From Naegleria gruberi (taxonomy: Eukaryota): a stretch of 64,000 nt of DNA. The translations under genes were made by a program, and so were the position numbers. This document shows, piece after piece, positions 22,814 through 33,129 of this stretch; position 1 is the stretch's first letter, and every line of letters begins with the position of its first letter. Below the pieces are notes generated by a model. The model was not told where the DNA came from and ran no database searches. It saw nothing but the letters and a program-made list of their open reading frames with translations. The stretch is taken from NCBI GenBank assembly GCA_000004985.1, contig GG738845.1, one strand, 5' to 3'.

Positions 22814-23180
22814 ATGGTTCTTTATAAAGCTTTGTGGATAGGTGGAGTTTTGGCCTTGTTGCATTCATTATTATCGGCTGCTCAAGGTACGTATCTAGCA
22901 AACATTAACTTAATTGTAGAATATTTGGATAAATTTTACAGTGCAAACAGCACAAGAAGGATCTTTACCTTTGGATATTGTTGTTGAATGTTTAATTGGA
23001 GCACTTTCAAGCTCTTTTGCTTTTGTAAAATTGAATACTAGTGTGATATATGATGATGATGGAATTTCTGTGGCAAAATCAAGTCCAAATCCTGGTAGAA
23101 TTACCGACGGATGGAAGAATATTGATGCTACAAAAGCAATTGCTTCATCTAAAATGTATGTTTTAATTATTGCATCATAG
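22814..23180 (+). CDS. ER membrane protein complex subunit 5 / membrane magnesium transporter (EMC5/MMGT1)-like. Two exons: 22814..22886 and 22942..23180
   Basis: Exon 1 is MVLYKALWIGGVLALLHSLLSAAQ. A GTACGT...TTTTACAG intron of 55 nt follows. Exon 2 continues VQTAQEGSLPLDIVVECLIGAL.... This is similar to MMGT1 (...[40 protein letters not shown]). Confidence 0.55.
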
Positions 23181-23443
23181 TGGCTGATATATTATAATAG
23201 AACTGTCGAGAGCATCAATAATAGAGTGAACTTTTCTCACTTTAATCATAGAGCAAAATACTTATACAGAGAAGATGGAAATGTTGATAATTAATTTCGA
23301 AAATGTAAATTGATGATTCTATTAATCTTTCTAATAATTTTTATCAAAATTAGAAAATAACAATCTTATTTAATTTTTATACAATTTTTGTAAAGGTTTA
23401 ATTTGGTATTTTTGCAAAAATTTTAAACATGAGAGATTAAATA

Positions 23444-25115
23444 TTAATGGTGTTGCTGTATTGAGGCTTGAACCTTTTTTTGTAAATTTTGATAATAGTC
23501 ATCTATTCGTTCTAGTTTGGTATTTAATGAAGTAATAACTTCCATATCCTCCATCAGAATAATTGCTTTCTCGATATTAACAGAATTCCTCAAATAAATA
23601 GGTGCCAACCTAGCATGTTCAGAAATTGCGAGATCCACAAAAGGGACAGTAAATAAGGGGACATAAGGGAAAAAGGGAGTTTTAGCAGCCTTGGTGATAA
23701 TTGTAGATAAATTCCAAATCTCATCTATTTGAGTGTTGTCTATGGTTACCATAAGAGCAAGTTTCAACCCATTATGAAGAATGTCAATAAAAGTTGAAAT
23801 GAGTTGAACTACTGGATGTTGTGGATTATCGTGCTCAGGACATAGCTTTTTTTGAGTAAATGGCCTTAGAATTGCATCCAATACATTAAATACATCATTA
23901 ATTTTTGTCTTATCCATTGACATTTCCAAAAATCCCATATTCCTTATATCAAACCCCATACATGTCTTGATAACATTGGGAAAATTTTGTACAATACTTA
24001 TTGGTCCGTTCTTTTCAGCAGCCAGAAGAAACTCAAGACTTGCTCTGAGATTAATGTCCCACTTGACTAAATTTTTCATCTCAGGGGTGGATGGGTTATT
24101 TCTAGACTCGTACTCAATAACCTCACTTACAAAATATCTTACAATATCTAAATACATAGATTGTTCCTTATACTTCCTCCTTCCTTGGCAAACAAACGAC
24201 AAATTCAACAATGCCATACCAGCATATGTATTGGTAAAACAGTCCATGTAGGGTGCCAATAAAAGTTTTGCGTGCTGAAAACAAATTTCTGCATACTCTT
24301 TTGAACCTAGGCGCAGCTCTCTCCATGCTTGTAACGAAAATACAACAGCCTTAAAATCATTCCCAGCCTCATCCAAGTTCTCAATCAAATGCCCAAACAA
24401 ACCTTTTGGGATTATCTCATACATTCTTTAGAGAATTAGTTTTGAATATTTCAAAGATTACTTACTGGAGTGAATAAAACCCAAGAATGTTTTTCTTATT
24501 TGCGTGAATTGCATTAGATGTATCATTAATAGTTGGATTTTGAATAGAGACAACTGGGGGATCAGATATTGTTTTACCTCCATTCTTTCTTTCATATTCA
24601 CATTTAATTCCTCTCTTTGAGCAATTAGAGCAGGAAGGAAGATTTCTAGTGCATTTACGATGATTTCTTCTACAGTATTTGCATGAAATTGAACTGAATG
24701 TTTGCTCCTCAAATCTAATTTCCTTAACATATGGTTTGAAATGTAAATCCTTATTTTGACTATTTACACCCGAACCCGAACCATTACTATTACTTTCCTG
24801 TTGCTGATGAAGATTATTTTGATGACTTGTTGAGCAGTTTGGATTTGTATCTAAATGGCCAGTTGTGATGATGGGATGATGGTGCGCAAAAGACAAATCG
24901 CCACTACTAGTATTCGTCACGAATGTATTATGATGATGGATGTTATTGTTGCCATTATTCCCAACCACACTATGATTACCACTACTACTGGTCAATAACG
25001 ACAGAAAATCCAACAACCCAATGTTGTGCTGGCCGTTTTGATGTTGATGAGGAAACATTTTTTTGTTGCTGAATAACAGTTCTTGAAAAAGCATCTGGCC
25101 ATACTTAAAATACAT
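23444..25115 (-). CDS. Zn(II)2Cys6 binuclear-cluster (GAL4-type) transcription factor. Two exons: 24466..25115 and 23444..24425, with a 40-nt GTAAGT...TCTCTAAAG intron
   Basis: The motif CKYCRRNHRKCTRNLPSCSNCSKRGIKCEY is a canonical Cx2Cx6Cx5-6Cx2Cx6C cluster. It is preceded by a His/Asn/Gln-rich region. The intron is in phase. The downstream exon encodes a 326-aa helical regulatory domain. Confidence 0.7.
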
Positions 25116-25959
25116 TCAAAAACCCCTAAACGAGATAAGGAACAACTCAAATTTTATCTCCTCCAATAAACTCGTAACAGGATTGGCCGTTTCAAATCTC
25201 ATCATTGAGGAGAAACTCGAATCCTAATTGATATTTAAGGTTTCAGCTTCATTACCTCATATCTGTGGTAAGGTTCTAGACGCATTTTTGCAATGCTCCC
25301 AAAAAACATGGAATGCTCCCAAAGCTGATTTACCTGTAGGGGTAATTGGATGTGCCAATAACACCGATTTCATTCCTTAAGCAAATTCACTCAACTTCAA
25401 CAAAGCATATCTCAATAACAACACCATATGTTAGAGAAACATGCCGAATTGTCATTATTCATTATGTTAACAATCATAATATCAAGTTTGTTACAGATTT
25501 GGCTCTTTACTTATCGAGAAAAGTGATTTCAAAATTTTCATATGTGGTAGTAAGACGAGCATGTTTTCTCGGTTAATACAAATAGTTTATATTCAAGAAA
25601 ACAGTATCTTGTAGAATACATCAATTAGAACATGAATAATAAAAAATATTTCTATTTCACTAAGTATTAAATTAAATATTTCCTTTTTTGTAAGGAGCAT
25701 GGGAAACTTTTCCACAGATATCAAAAGGGTTATCCAATTTGAAGGGTAGATATATTTTAACTCCAGGAACAAATAGTAATAATCATGAAGATTTATCAAA
25801 CAGTCCATCGCAAATCCTTAAATATTGAATCCATATTTTAAAGAAAAGAATTAATGATTGAATGTTTTTGTTTAACCTAAAATAATAATATCAGGTAAGA
25901 ATTATCATTTATAGAATTATATGGTGATATTGAACTTTTTTAGTGGTATGTGTTATTTA

Positions 25960-27215
25960 TAGTAATAAATTGCAGTAAGCGTTAAGCTTATGTTGGATCA
26001 TTTGTTGGTTCCTTAATCAAATATGTGAAAATTCTAACAATTTTTATATGATTTGTGTGTTTATTTAATTTTTTAAATTTAAAGCACTGCTATGCAGAGA
26101 ATTAGTTGTCAAGTTTTCAGATATTTCAGTATTTCAGATTTGTTTTTATGGTTTTTTAAGGTTTTTTGAATTGATTAGATGGTTTTTTGGGCTAGTAGTT
26201 GCAACTATTAGAAGTATTAGAGTTTATATATTATACAAAAATTGATTAATGATATCCTCAATCATTATTTATTATTATTATTATTCTTACGAATTAATCT
26301 ACACGCGTGTAATAGAATAAACTCAGTATTTCAGAAACGACACTTTATTTTGTTATTGATAAACCTTTTAACTAATTTCCATGAATAATTGAACAAAATT
26401 ATTAATTGAAACCTGGTAAACCATAGGAATTGATTAGCTTTTTGGAAATGTGTTTAAGTTAAAATTACCAACAAAAAATACATTCAAATCACTTTACGAA
26501 TATTTATTGACCCTACTGTAATGAACAGTTTTTCGATTTAATTTTAGGTTAATTTTTTAATGGGACTTGGATTTGGATTAAAAGGTTGTGTTTTTAAGAA
26601 AAAAGTAAAATCCTAACTATAGTTTGGTTATTTATTGGATGAAAAAGTTGGAAGCATTAACTAAACAATCCCAGAACCAAAAAAGAAATGCTGAAATTGA
26701 AAAGGATAAACAAACTTCTCAAATCAACCAACTCGTAAAACAATGAAAGAAAGAAGAAGTCAATATAGAAAATCAAGATTTGAATTAAAAATCTAACACA
26801 ATTTAATTGAAACAACTTTAAGAATAAAAGAGAACCTATTAAAAATCGAGAGTATCATAAAATTCGTGTAGTAAAACTCAGTATTTCAGAAACGACTTTT
26901 TATTTTGTTGATTTGATAAACTAAGCAATGCTATTAAAGTAATTGCTTTAGATAAAAATTATTGATCTATTATAAAGTAATGTTTCTTAAAAAACACTTA
27001 CCACAACATTGGAACAAATTAAAAAGGGAATAAGAGAATTAGTTGTAAAGTTTTTCAGATATTTCAGATTTGGTTTTATGGTTTTTTAGGGTACTTGATT
27101 TCAACAATCCACATACATTCAAAGCTACATATTTACTCTATTTTGTTTTTTCTTTAATTCACAAAGAATCATCTACCGTTTTTGTATTAAATTGCAGTAA
27201 GAGTTAAGCTTATGT
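25960..27215. repeat. Three dispersed short repeats (about 30-70 bp each) present twice within a 2.4-kb AT-rich intergenic spacer, in opposite order but the same orientation
   Basis: (1) attgcagtaagcgttaagcttatgttgg at about 25969 and attgcagtaagagttaagcttatgtagg at about 27190. (2) gagaattagttgtcaagttttcagatatttcag...atttgtttttatggttttttaaggt at about 26097 and the near-identical copy at about 27035. (3) aactcagtatttcagaaacgac...ttattttgtt...gataaac at about 26319 and about 26877. Confidence 0.6.
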
Positions 27216-27527
27216 AGGTTTATTAGATTTACTTAACTAAATGCTTTTCCAAAAAATCCACCAATTCCTTAAGAGATCCTAGGTTTTTGAATGTTGGAAC
27301 ATTATGAGTTAATAAATTTGCATAAATAAAACAAAGATTATTAAAGGAATTGTAAACGATTTGTTTGTTTTATGAAATGAAGATTAAAACGTATGCAAAA
27401 ATTCCAAGCCAAAAATAATGCTTGGCGGTTTGAAACTTCTTTCATCACAAAAAAAATAGATCAATATTCGTTTGATGTCTAATACACCATCATCAAGACT
27501 TTATTTTCTAACCGATAGATTTGAAAA

Positions 27528-28397
27528 ATGTTCAAACGTTTTGTAAATAATCAGGCCCTACTCAATGGTCTGAAGCACATTAAACGATCCGACAATAATG
27601 AACAACAACAAATTGTTGTTGCCGGAAACCAAACAACTGGTCTTATTGTGCCAATAGGTGCAACATCAAACAAAATTGGTATTGAATTGCAAGAGTTTTG
27701 CAACACACTAGTGCCAACAGATTCGGCAATATTCAAAATTGCTAAACAGATTTGTGCAGAACAGGGAAATAGAATCAAGGAAATTGCTCACGAAGTGTTG
27801 AAAGATTCCGGTTTAGGTACTAATATCAACAACAGTAATATCAATAGTAGTAACACTAAGAATAGTAGTAATGTCAAAATATCGTCTACTCCTTCTTTAA
27901 CTCACAATAGTCAGCCTACTGTCATCATCTCCGAACAACAAGTTGAAACCAAAACTCCCACACAACCAATTGTAAAAAAGCATGGCAAATTCTATGGAAC
28001 CAACAAAATATTCCTATTAGATGAAGAAGAAATTGTAAATATTAGCAGTATTCCAACCTCAAACACCACTCCTATCATTGGTAACTTTGAAACAAATGAT
28101 GGTGACATACATTCTACCCAATCTTCGCAATCTTTGAATCTGGACATTGTAAAACGACTTCTCTCGGATATATTTGGTAAATTGAAATACTTGGCAATGG
28201 TACTTTTGAATAGTTTGTTTGGAAATAGACAAAATGTTCAACCTGATGCAGCAACAACGCAAGTAGCTGCACAATCATTGGTGTTGGTGATATCATTCAT
28301 GATTTACAATATTGTAGCAGAAAGTTCTTCTGCCGATTTGCATCAAGATATCTTACTTGTTTTCCAAGAGTACCTGTCCAATCACTTGAACAATTAA
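27528..28397 (+). CDS. Hypothetical protein (Asn/Ser-rich middle, hydrophobic C-terminal region)
   Basis: 289-aa ORF with an ATG start. I recognise no family. Confidence 0.4.
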   Translation: MFKRFVNNQALLNGLKHIKRSDNNEQQQIVVAGNQTTGLIVPIGATSNKIGIELQEFCNTLVPTDSAIFKIAKQICAEQGNRIKEIAHEVLKDSGLGTNINNSNINSSNTKNSSNVKISSTPSLTHNSQPTVIISEQQVETKTPTQPIVKKHGKFYGTNKIFLLDEEEIVNISSIPTSNTTPIIGNFETNDGDIHSTQSSQSLNLDIVKRLLSDIFGKLKYLAMVLLNSLFGNRQNVQPDAATTQVAAQSLVLVISFMIYNIVAESSSADLHQDILLVFQEYLSNHLNN

Positions 28398-28523
28398 CTG
28401 TAGAACTTGTAAAAGTTTAGTTTGGACACAACTTTGAAAGTATTGTACCTCATAAGAGTGAACTAAATCGGGTTTTTGGAATTAGTCACTTTGGCGTGTT
28501 GCAACAATAAATTAGTTTATAGT

Positions 28524-29647
28524 CTAAGTCAAATCAGTTGGATCAAAAGCATCATCGGCATTATCTTCTTCAACAGGTTGCTGCTCATCGCCTGAATCTG
28601 AGTCTTCTTCTGAATTTTCATCATGACTCAAAAGACTCTTCTTTTTAGCATCTACTGGTTTTGGTTGTCTTGGTTTTCTGGTTTGGGAAGATAATTCAAT
28701 TCCTCCAGAGAGTGTTAATTTTGACACCATCTTGTAAACTGTTGCTTCCAAGTATTTGAGGTGATGATTTTGCTTAGCAGTTTCCAAAGCAGTACTATCC
28801 ATCCTCTCGAATGCATCCAAAAAGTCTTCACTGATATCGCTCTCCTTTGATGTTCCATAAGAATTGTGTTCTGATTGGAACTTTTTATGATACTCATCAG
28901 CTCTTACGTAATCGTCCATTTTAAGGCAAATGAGGATAATTGATGTACAGGTTTTGTTGACATTATCATGTTGTGTGAGGGCCTTGTATCCAACAATCAT
29001 TTCCAAACAATTTGAAATTGCCTCTTCCCATTGAGAATTTCTGATCAAAAAGTCATTGTAGCCTCTATACGTCGACATGGCATTATGATATGTTCCTCCC
29101 ATAGATAAGCTTTCAACAGCACTCTTGTAAAGCTCGATAGCTTGTGGGATATTTCCGTTATCTGCTAACATTTTAGCTGCCTTGGTGAGGGCCTCTCCAG
29201 CTCTATTACCCTTACCATCATCCAAATAAGAATTTGATGCTTTAGTGTACAATTCAACTGCCATACCGAAATCTTTAGTGTCTTTACAAATATTTGCTGC
29301 ATTCTCAAAACCTTGTCCTGATTTGTAGTATCTGTTTTAGATTTTGGTCGATTAATAGCAGTCAAATTACAACATCAATAAGAATGAATAACTTACATTC
29401 CACACTTGTAGAAACAATCACCACAATTTGTATAACAAGAAATGGCTTTTGCTGGCTGTTTCAAAGCCTTGAAAATTGCTGCTGCTTTTTCATAGGCAGC
29501 ACCTGCGGAATCATAATCAGGTTTCCATCTAGTCAAACTTCTAGAGGCACTGCAATTGCAATAATTATCCAACTGTTAATATAGGAAAATAACTTACTAT
29601 TTTTTAGCTTCCTTTTCCAACTCTAAGGCTTCCTTCTCCTTACTCAT
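28524..29647 (-). CDS. Gamma-soluble NSF attachment protein (gamma-SNAP). Three exons: 29598..29647, 29397..29549 and 28524..29331
   Basis: The joined N-terminus MSKEKEALELEKEAKKYASRSLTRWKPDYDSAGAAYEKAAAIFKALKQ matches gamma-SNAP (...LAKAEKYLKTGFLKWKPDYDSAASEYGKAAVAFKNAKQ). The introns are GTAAGT...TTGCAG (48 nt) and GTAAGT...AAACAG (65 nt), both in phase. The downstream part is TPR-like helical repeats with an acidic tail. Confidence 0.8.
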
Positions 29648-30517
29648 TTCTAATTGGGATTTTAAAGAATTTCTCGCAACACGTTTTCTAAGGTGAGGTA
29701 ATTTTTTAAACTCCTTTCTAGAGAGGTTATTGTTATCTACCCCTACGGAATGTTGTATTTTTTTACTCTCATCCTCACTGCTATTGTAGGGTGAGGAACT
29801 TGGACTGTTTCTTTCGTCTGCATGTTTCCTTGTTGGAGAGGAGCCGTTTAGCTTATGCTCGTCATCACTAGAAATATTAAGGTTCTGTTTTTCTTCATCT
29901 GAAGATTGGTCAGAAGAACTAGAGGATTCAAAATGGAGAAGACTAATTGTGTCTGAAATTGGTTTGGATTTGTTGGTAGCACCACTAAAAGGACAAAAAG
30001 AGAGCGACGATGATGGTGTAGAATCAATAGATGAATCAACCTCACTGGATAATAATTGTCTCCTCTTTTCTTCGTCATGCTGCTTCTCCTTCATTGCATT
30101 ATAGACATTGAGTGTTTTTGCCAACTCTGTCGCATCCATGGAATTTGAACGTTTCCTAGTGTATTGATGAATGTTTGAAATGTACTTGTTGGTTGGAGAG
30201 AATGAAGAGGAGAGCTTTGGTACTGGTGTTGATGTTTTCAAACTACTGGTTCTCGAACTTCTCCTAGGGGTTTGTAAATAGGGATGAAGTGGTGTTGGTT
30301 CAATATTAACAATATCCTCATCCTCATGTTCTTCCGTCTTTTTAGATGATGGTAACTGTTTACTAGATTTTGGTGACGTTGAAGGAGGAGTGAATATTTT
30401 GCTTGTTTTGAGGGATGAAGGCTTTTCCTTACTTTTGTTGGAGAGCTCATCCTCACAAGATGTATTAAGCGAGGAGGAGGACTTTGTACTTCTCAACGAA
30501 AAGAAGGGCATTACCAA
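29597..30517 (-). CDS. Ser-rich low-complexity ORF of 306 aa, immediately upstream of and in frame with the gamma-SNAP start; either a separate gene or an N-terminal extension
   Basis: The ORF is continuous from ATG 30517 through ...LKSQLEMSKEKEALELEKEAKK. Its last 17 codons are the gamma-SNAP first exon, and its TAG overlaps the GTAAGT donor of gamma-SNAP intron 1. Confidence 0.35.
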   Translation of the reverse strand: MVMPFFSLRSTKSSSSLNTSCEDELSNKSKEKPSSLKTSKIFTPPSTSPKSSKQLPSSKKTEEHEDEDIVNIEPTPLHPYLQTPRRSSRTSSLKTSTPVPKLSSSFSPTNKYISNIHQYTRKRSNSMDATELAKTLNVYNAMKEKQHDEEKRRQLLSSEVDSSIDSTPSSSLSFCPFSGATNKSKPISDTISLLHFESSSSSDQSSDEEKQNLNISSDDEHKLNGSSPTRKHADERNSPSSSPYNSSEDESKKIQHSVGVDNNNLSRKEFKKLPHLRKRVARNSLKSQLEMSKEKEALELEKEAKK

Positions 30518-30856
30518 ATACTAGAACTAGAGGTTTTTCTTTTGTGCTGAGGCGAAAATAACAACAACACAAAACATGCAAACAATGGCTGCGAGGATTG
30601 GGAATAAGGAGTTTCGCTTCCTTATCCACAATCCAAAGATGCTTTTGTTGGTGGAGGGTTCATTTAACTTTTTTGCTGTAATGTTTTCCATTCATGGTTT
30701 GTTGTAGCTAAAATAAGTGAGGTTTGGAAGGATCTAAAAGCTATTTTTTACTCCTTTTTGGCTTAACAAAATAGAGAAATACATTATGTGAAATATTAGA
30801 AATGTATTAATAATTATGAAATATCATGAAGTAGTACGGGTAGAAAATGAAATTTA

Positions 30857-32152
30857 TTGAGGCTTATTTTGATCATGACTTTGATTCACACAAAGTTAAC
30901 GTTAAAAAAAAGAACCAAAGTTGTTTTCCGAACATCAGAATCCTTTCCACAACAAATACAACTCCCATCTTCATCACGCTTGTTGTTGTTCGGAATGAGA
31001 TTTACAAAGAGAGACCTCTCGAGACTCCTCTTCAAGAATGTTTCTCCTCTCAAATTACTGCTGCATGGTATTTGTATTGGAATTTGTTTATTGCCTGCTC
31101 TTGCAACGTTGATTGTAGGCTTGATTGTTTTTGTTACTTCTCCGAGTGATAATATTACAACTCCAACACAATGTACAATTTTATCGAAACTACAATGTGT
31201 CACCACCTCGGCTACATCCACAACAACACCACAACAAACAAGTGCAACATTCACCAGTTCTTCGTCTAATTCTGTTCGTCATCATCAATCAACAATAGTA
31301 AATTCTCAGAAACTCATCAATGAGAAGAGTTCTCCTATTGAATGTACTTATACAGTCTCTTTCACCATTATTCCTTCACAAAGTGGACAACAAATCATTC
31401 ATGCAAGTACGATTCCCTTCCCTAAAGTATCAACGCACTCCAATTACACACTCAATCAACAGGTTTCTTGCTTTTATGATGAGAGTAATCCAAAGAATGT
31501 TTCATTTGACAAGACCAATCTTGTACATTTTTACACCATTGTTGGTTTGGGTGTGATTGGTGTGGGTGGTTGTTTGCTTTTTCTTGTCCTTGTTTCCATG
31601 ACCATCTTCTTTACCAATTTGTGTAGATTCTGTGTTGGACATTCACAAATGAGGAGTCAAAGAAAGAGGAGACTGAGAAGGAATTTATTGAGTATTCTAA
31701 TTCCGAGATCATCTAACAAGAGTTCTGCCATCAATACTGAGGATGACTATGAAGACGATTATCAAACAGATTCGAGTGTAGAGAGGGCATTGGATTCCTC
31801 TTCCACCACGAGAGGAATTTTACAATATGGAGCTATGGGAAATAGGGATGAAGGAAATGGATATTATTATTCAAATGCCAATAAGAAACATGCTAGATTC
31901 AATGTTGCAAGTTCTGGTTCTTCAAATGGAAGTGGTATTAGTGGCAATAATTCATTCCTTGTTCATGTGACAAGTAGTACAAGAGTGAAGAAGAACAAGA
32001 GTAGTGTTTTAATTGATGAACGCCACTTTTATCAACATAGTGATGAAGAGTCTGAGCATGATGAAAAAACTGATTCATCTGTTGAAGACATTCCAGTGGA
32101 AATAATAGCTTCCTCTCTTAACAGGGCATCTTATCCAGCCCACAATTTGTAA
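30857..32152 (+). CDS. Hypothetical membrane protein (two TM helices flanking a Ser/Thr-rich luminal or extracellular domain, basic cytosolic tail)
   Basis: 431-aa ORF. The TM helices are at LHGICIGICLLPALATLIVGLIVFV and FYTIVGLGVIGVGGCLLFLVLVSMTIFF. The true start may be the internal Met MRFTKRDL. Confidence 0.4.
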   Translation: MRLILIMTLIHTKLTLKKRTKVVFRTSESFPQQIQLPSSSRLLLFGMRFTKRDLSRLLFKNVSPLKLLLHGICIGICLLPALATLIVGLIVFVTSPSDNITTPTQCTILSKLQCVTTSATSTTTPQQTSATFTSSSSNSVRHHQSTIVNSQKLINEKSSPIECTYTVSFTIIPSQSGQQIIHASTIPFPKVSTHSNYTLNQQVSCFYDESNPKNVSFDKTNLVHFYTIVGLGVIGVGGCLLFLVLVSMTIFFTNLCRFCVGHSQMRSQRKRRLRRNLLSILIPRSSNKSSAINTEDDYEDDYQTDSSVERALDSSSTTRGILQYGAMGNRDEGNGYYYSNANKKHARFNVASSGSSNGSGISGNNSFLVHVTSSTRVKKNKSSVLIDERHFYQHSDEESEHDEKTDSSVEDIPVEIIASSLNRASYPAHNL

Positions 32153-32188
32153 TTGTACATTATGAGAAATTGTTACACAACTATGGAT

Positions 32189-32898
32189 TTATTTAGAGTC
32201 ATTTCCAAACACTAATTTTTGATTTAGGATATAATTTTGTTCCTTAACAGGCTGAAGAGTTTTTTTGGCCGATTTTGTAAAGTATGTATGCTTTGTAAGG
32301 AAATCCAAATTAGAAATGTGCCATTCTCTTGGTGGGAATGGTTTTTTGTTTACCCTTTCTAATTCAAGTCTTAATGATTCGGATTTCAAAAAGTAAAGAT
32401 CAGTTCCTAAATGAGCTAAATCGGCATCACAAATAATTTGGCACAATAAACAATCACCTGGATTTTGTGGTACTTGTGTAGCCATAATACATTTACAAAT
32501 TCTATCTATTTGATCTTGAGTGTAACCAAATTGTGGCAAATATTTACGAGCTCTATCTGCTCCAAAAGGTTCATTCTTTGGATATTGATCGAGATATCCA
32601 GTATCATGGAACAAGGCAGCAGTTTTTCTATTTAATTGTATTATTATCGGAGGAAGAATATTGTCAGCTGCTCTTAACAGTTTAAAAAAACCTACAAAAT
32701 TAATGTATCTTCCTCGTTGAGACCTTCTTCTTGTGCCAATTTAATAGAATAACCAATAACATCTTCAAAAGTGTGATTTATGGAGTGATAGAACAAATTC
32801 TTATCCAAAGCTTGCATTTGTTCATGTACAAGTTTGTATGCACCTTCATAGTCTGGCGTGGTAGCTGATGAGGTCATTTTTTGTATCTTTACTCCCAT
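32189..32898 (-). CDS. HD-domain metal-dependent phosphohydrolase. Two exons: 32696..32898 and 32189..32627, with a 68-nt GTAGGT...TAAATAG intron
   Basis: The spliced product reads HSINHTFEDVIGYSIKLAQEEGLNEEDTLIL|KTAALFHDTGY, giving the H...HD motif pair at the usual spacing. A downstream D (CDADLAHLG) is present. The intron phase matches the ORF-track frames. Confidence 0.6.
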
Positions 32899-33129
32899 AT
32901 AGCGTCAAGCGTTTTTTAATAAGCTGTTGATCAGAATTATTAGAATTATTATTATTTTCTAAGGAGAACTTGATACTGATGAACTTGTCATGTTCAAGAG
33001 GAAGGTGTTAAGGTTGGCACAAGTGAAATAAGTAGATTATTTAAAACAATTTCATGCACTATTTCTATTTAACGTTTGTTTGTAATTCAAAAACTATAAA
33101 TATGAATATTAATAAAATTATTTTTAAAA

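Noticed and set aside
25593-25808. ORFs in the 25.1-27.5-kb spacer (25346..25576 plus, 25593..25808 minus) as possible genes
   Set aside because: They have extreme AT content, no coding periodicity and no motifs. The spacer is better explained as a promoter or repeat region.
29574-29597. A 25-nt intron (GTAAGTTATTTTCCTATATTAACAG) at the gamma-SNAP exon 1/2 junction
   Set aside because: It is too short and leaves an in-frame stop. Using the next acceptor (TTGCAATTGCAG) gives a 48-nt intron and the conserved KKY..RWKPDYDS junction.
32620-32700. A 23-nt intron (GTAGGT...TGTTAAG) joining the two HD-gene fragments
   Set aside because: It is too short for a spliceosomal intron. The 68-nt alternative with the same donor restores the frame and gives the correct H...HD spacing.
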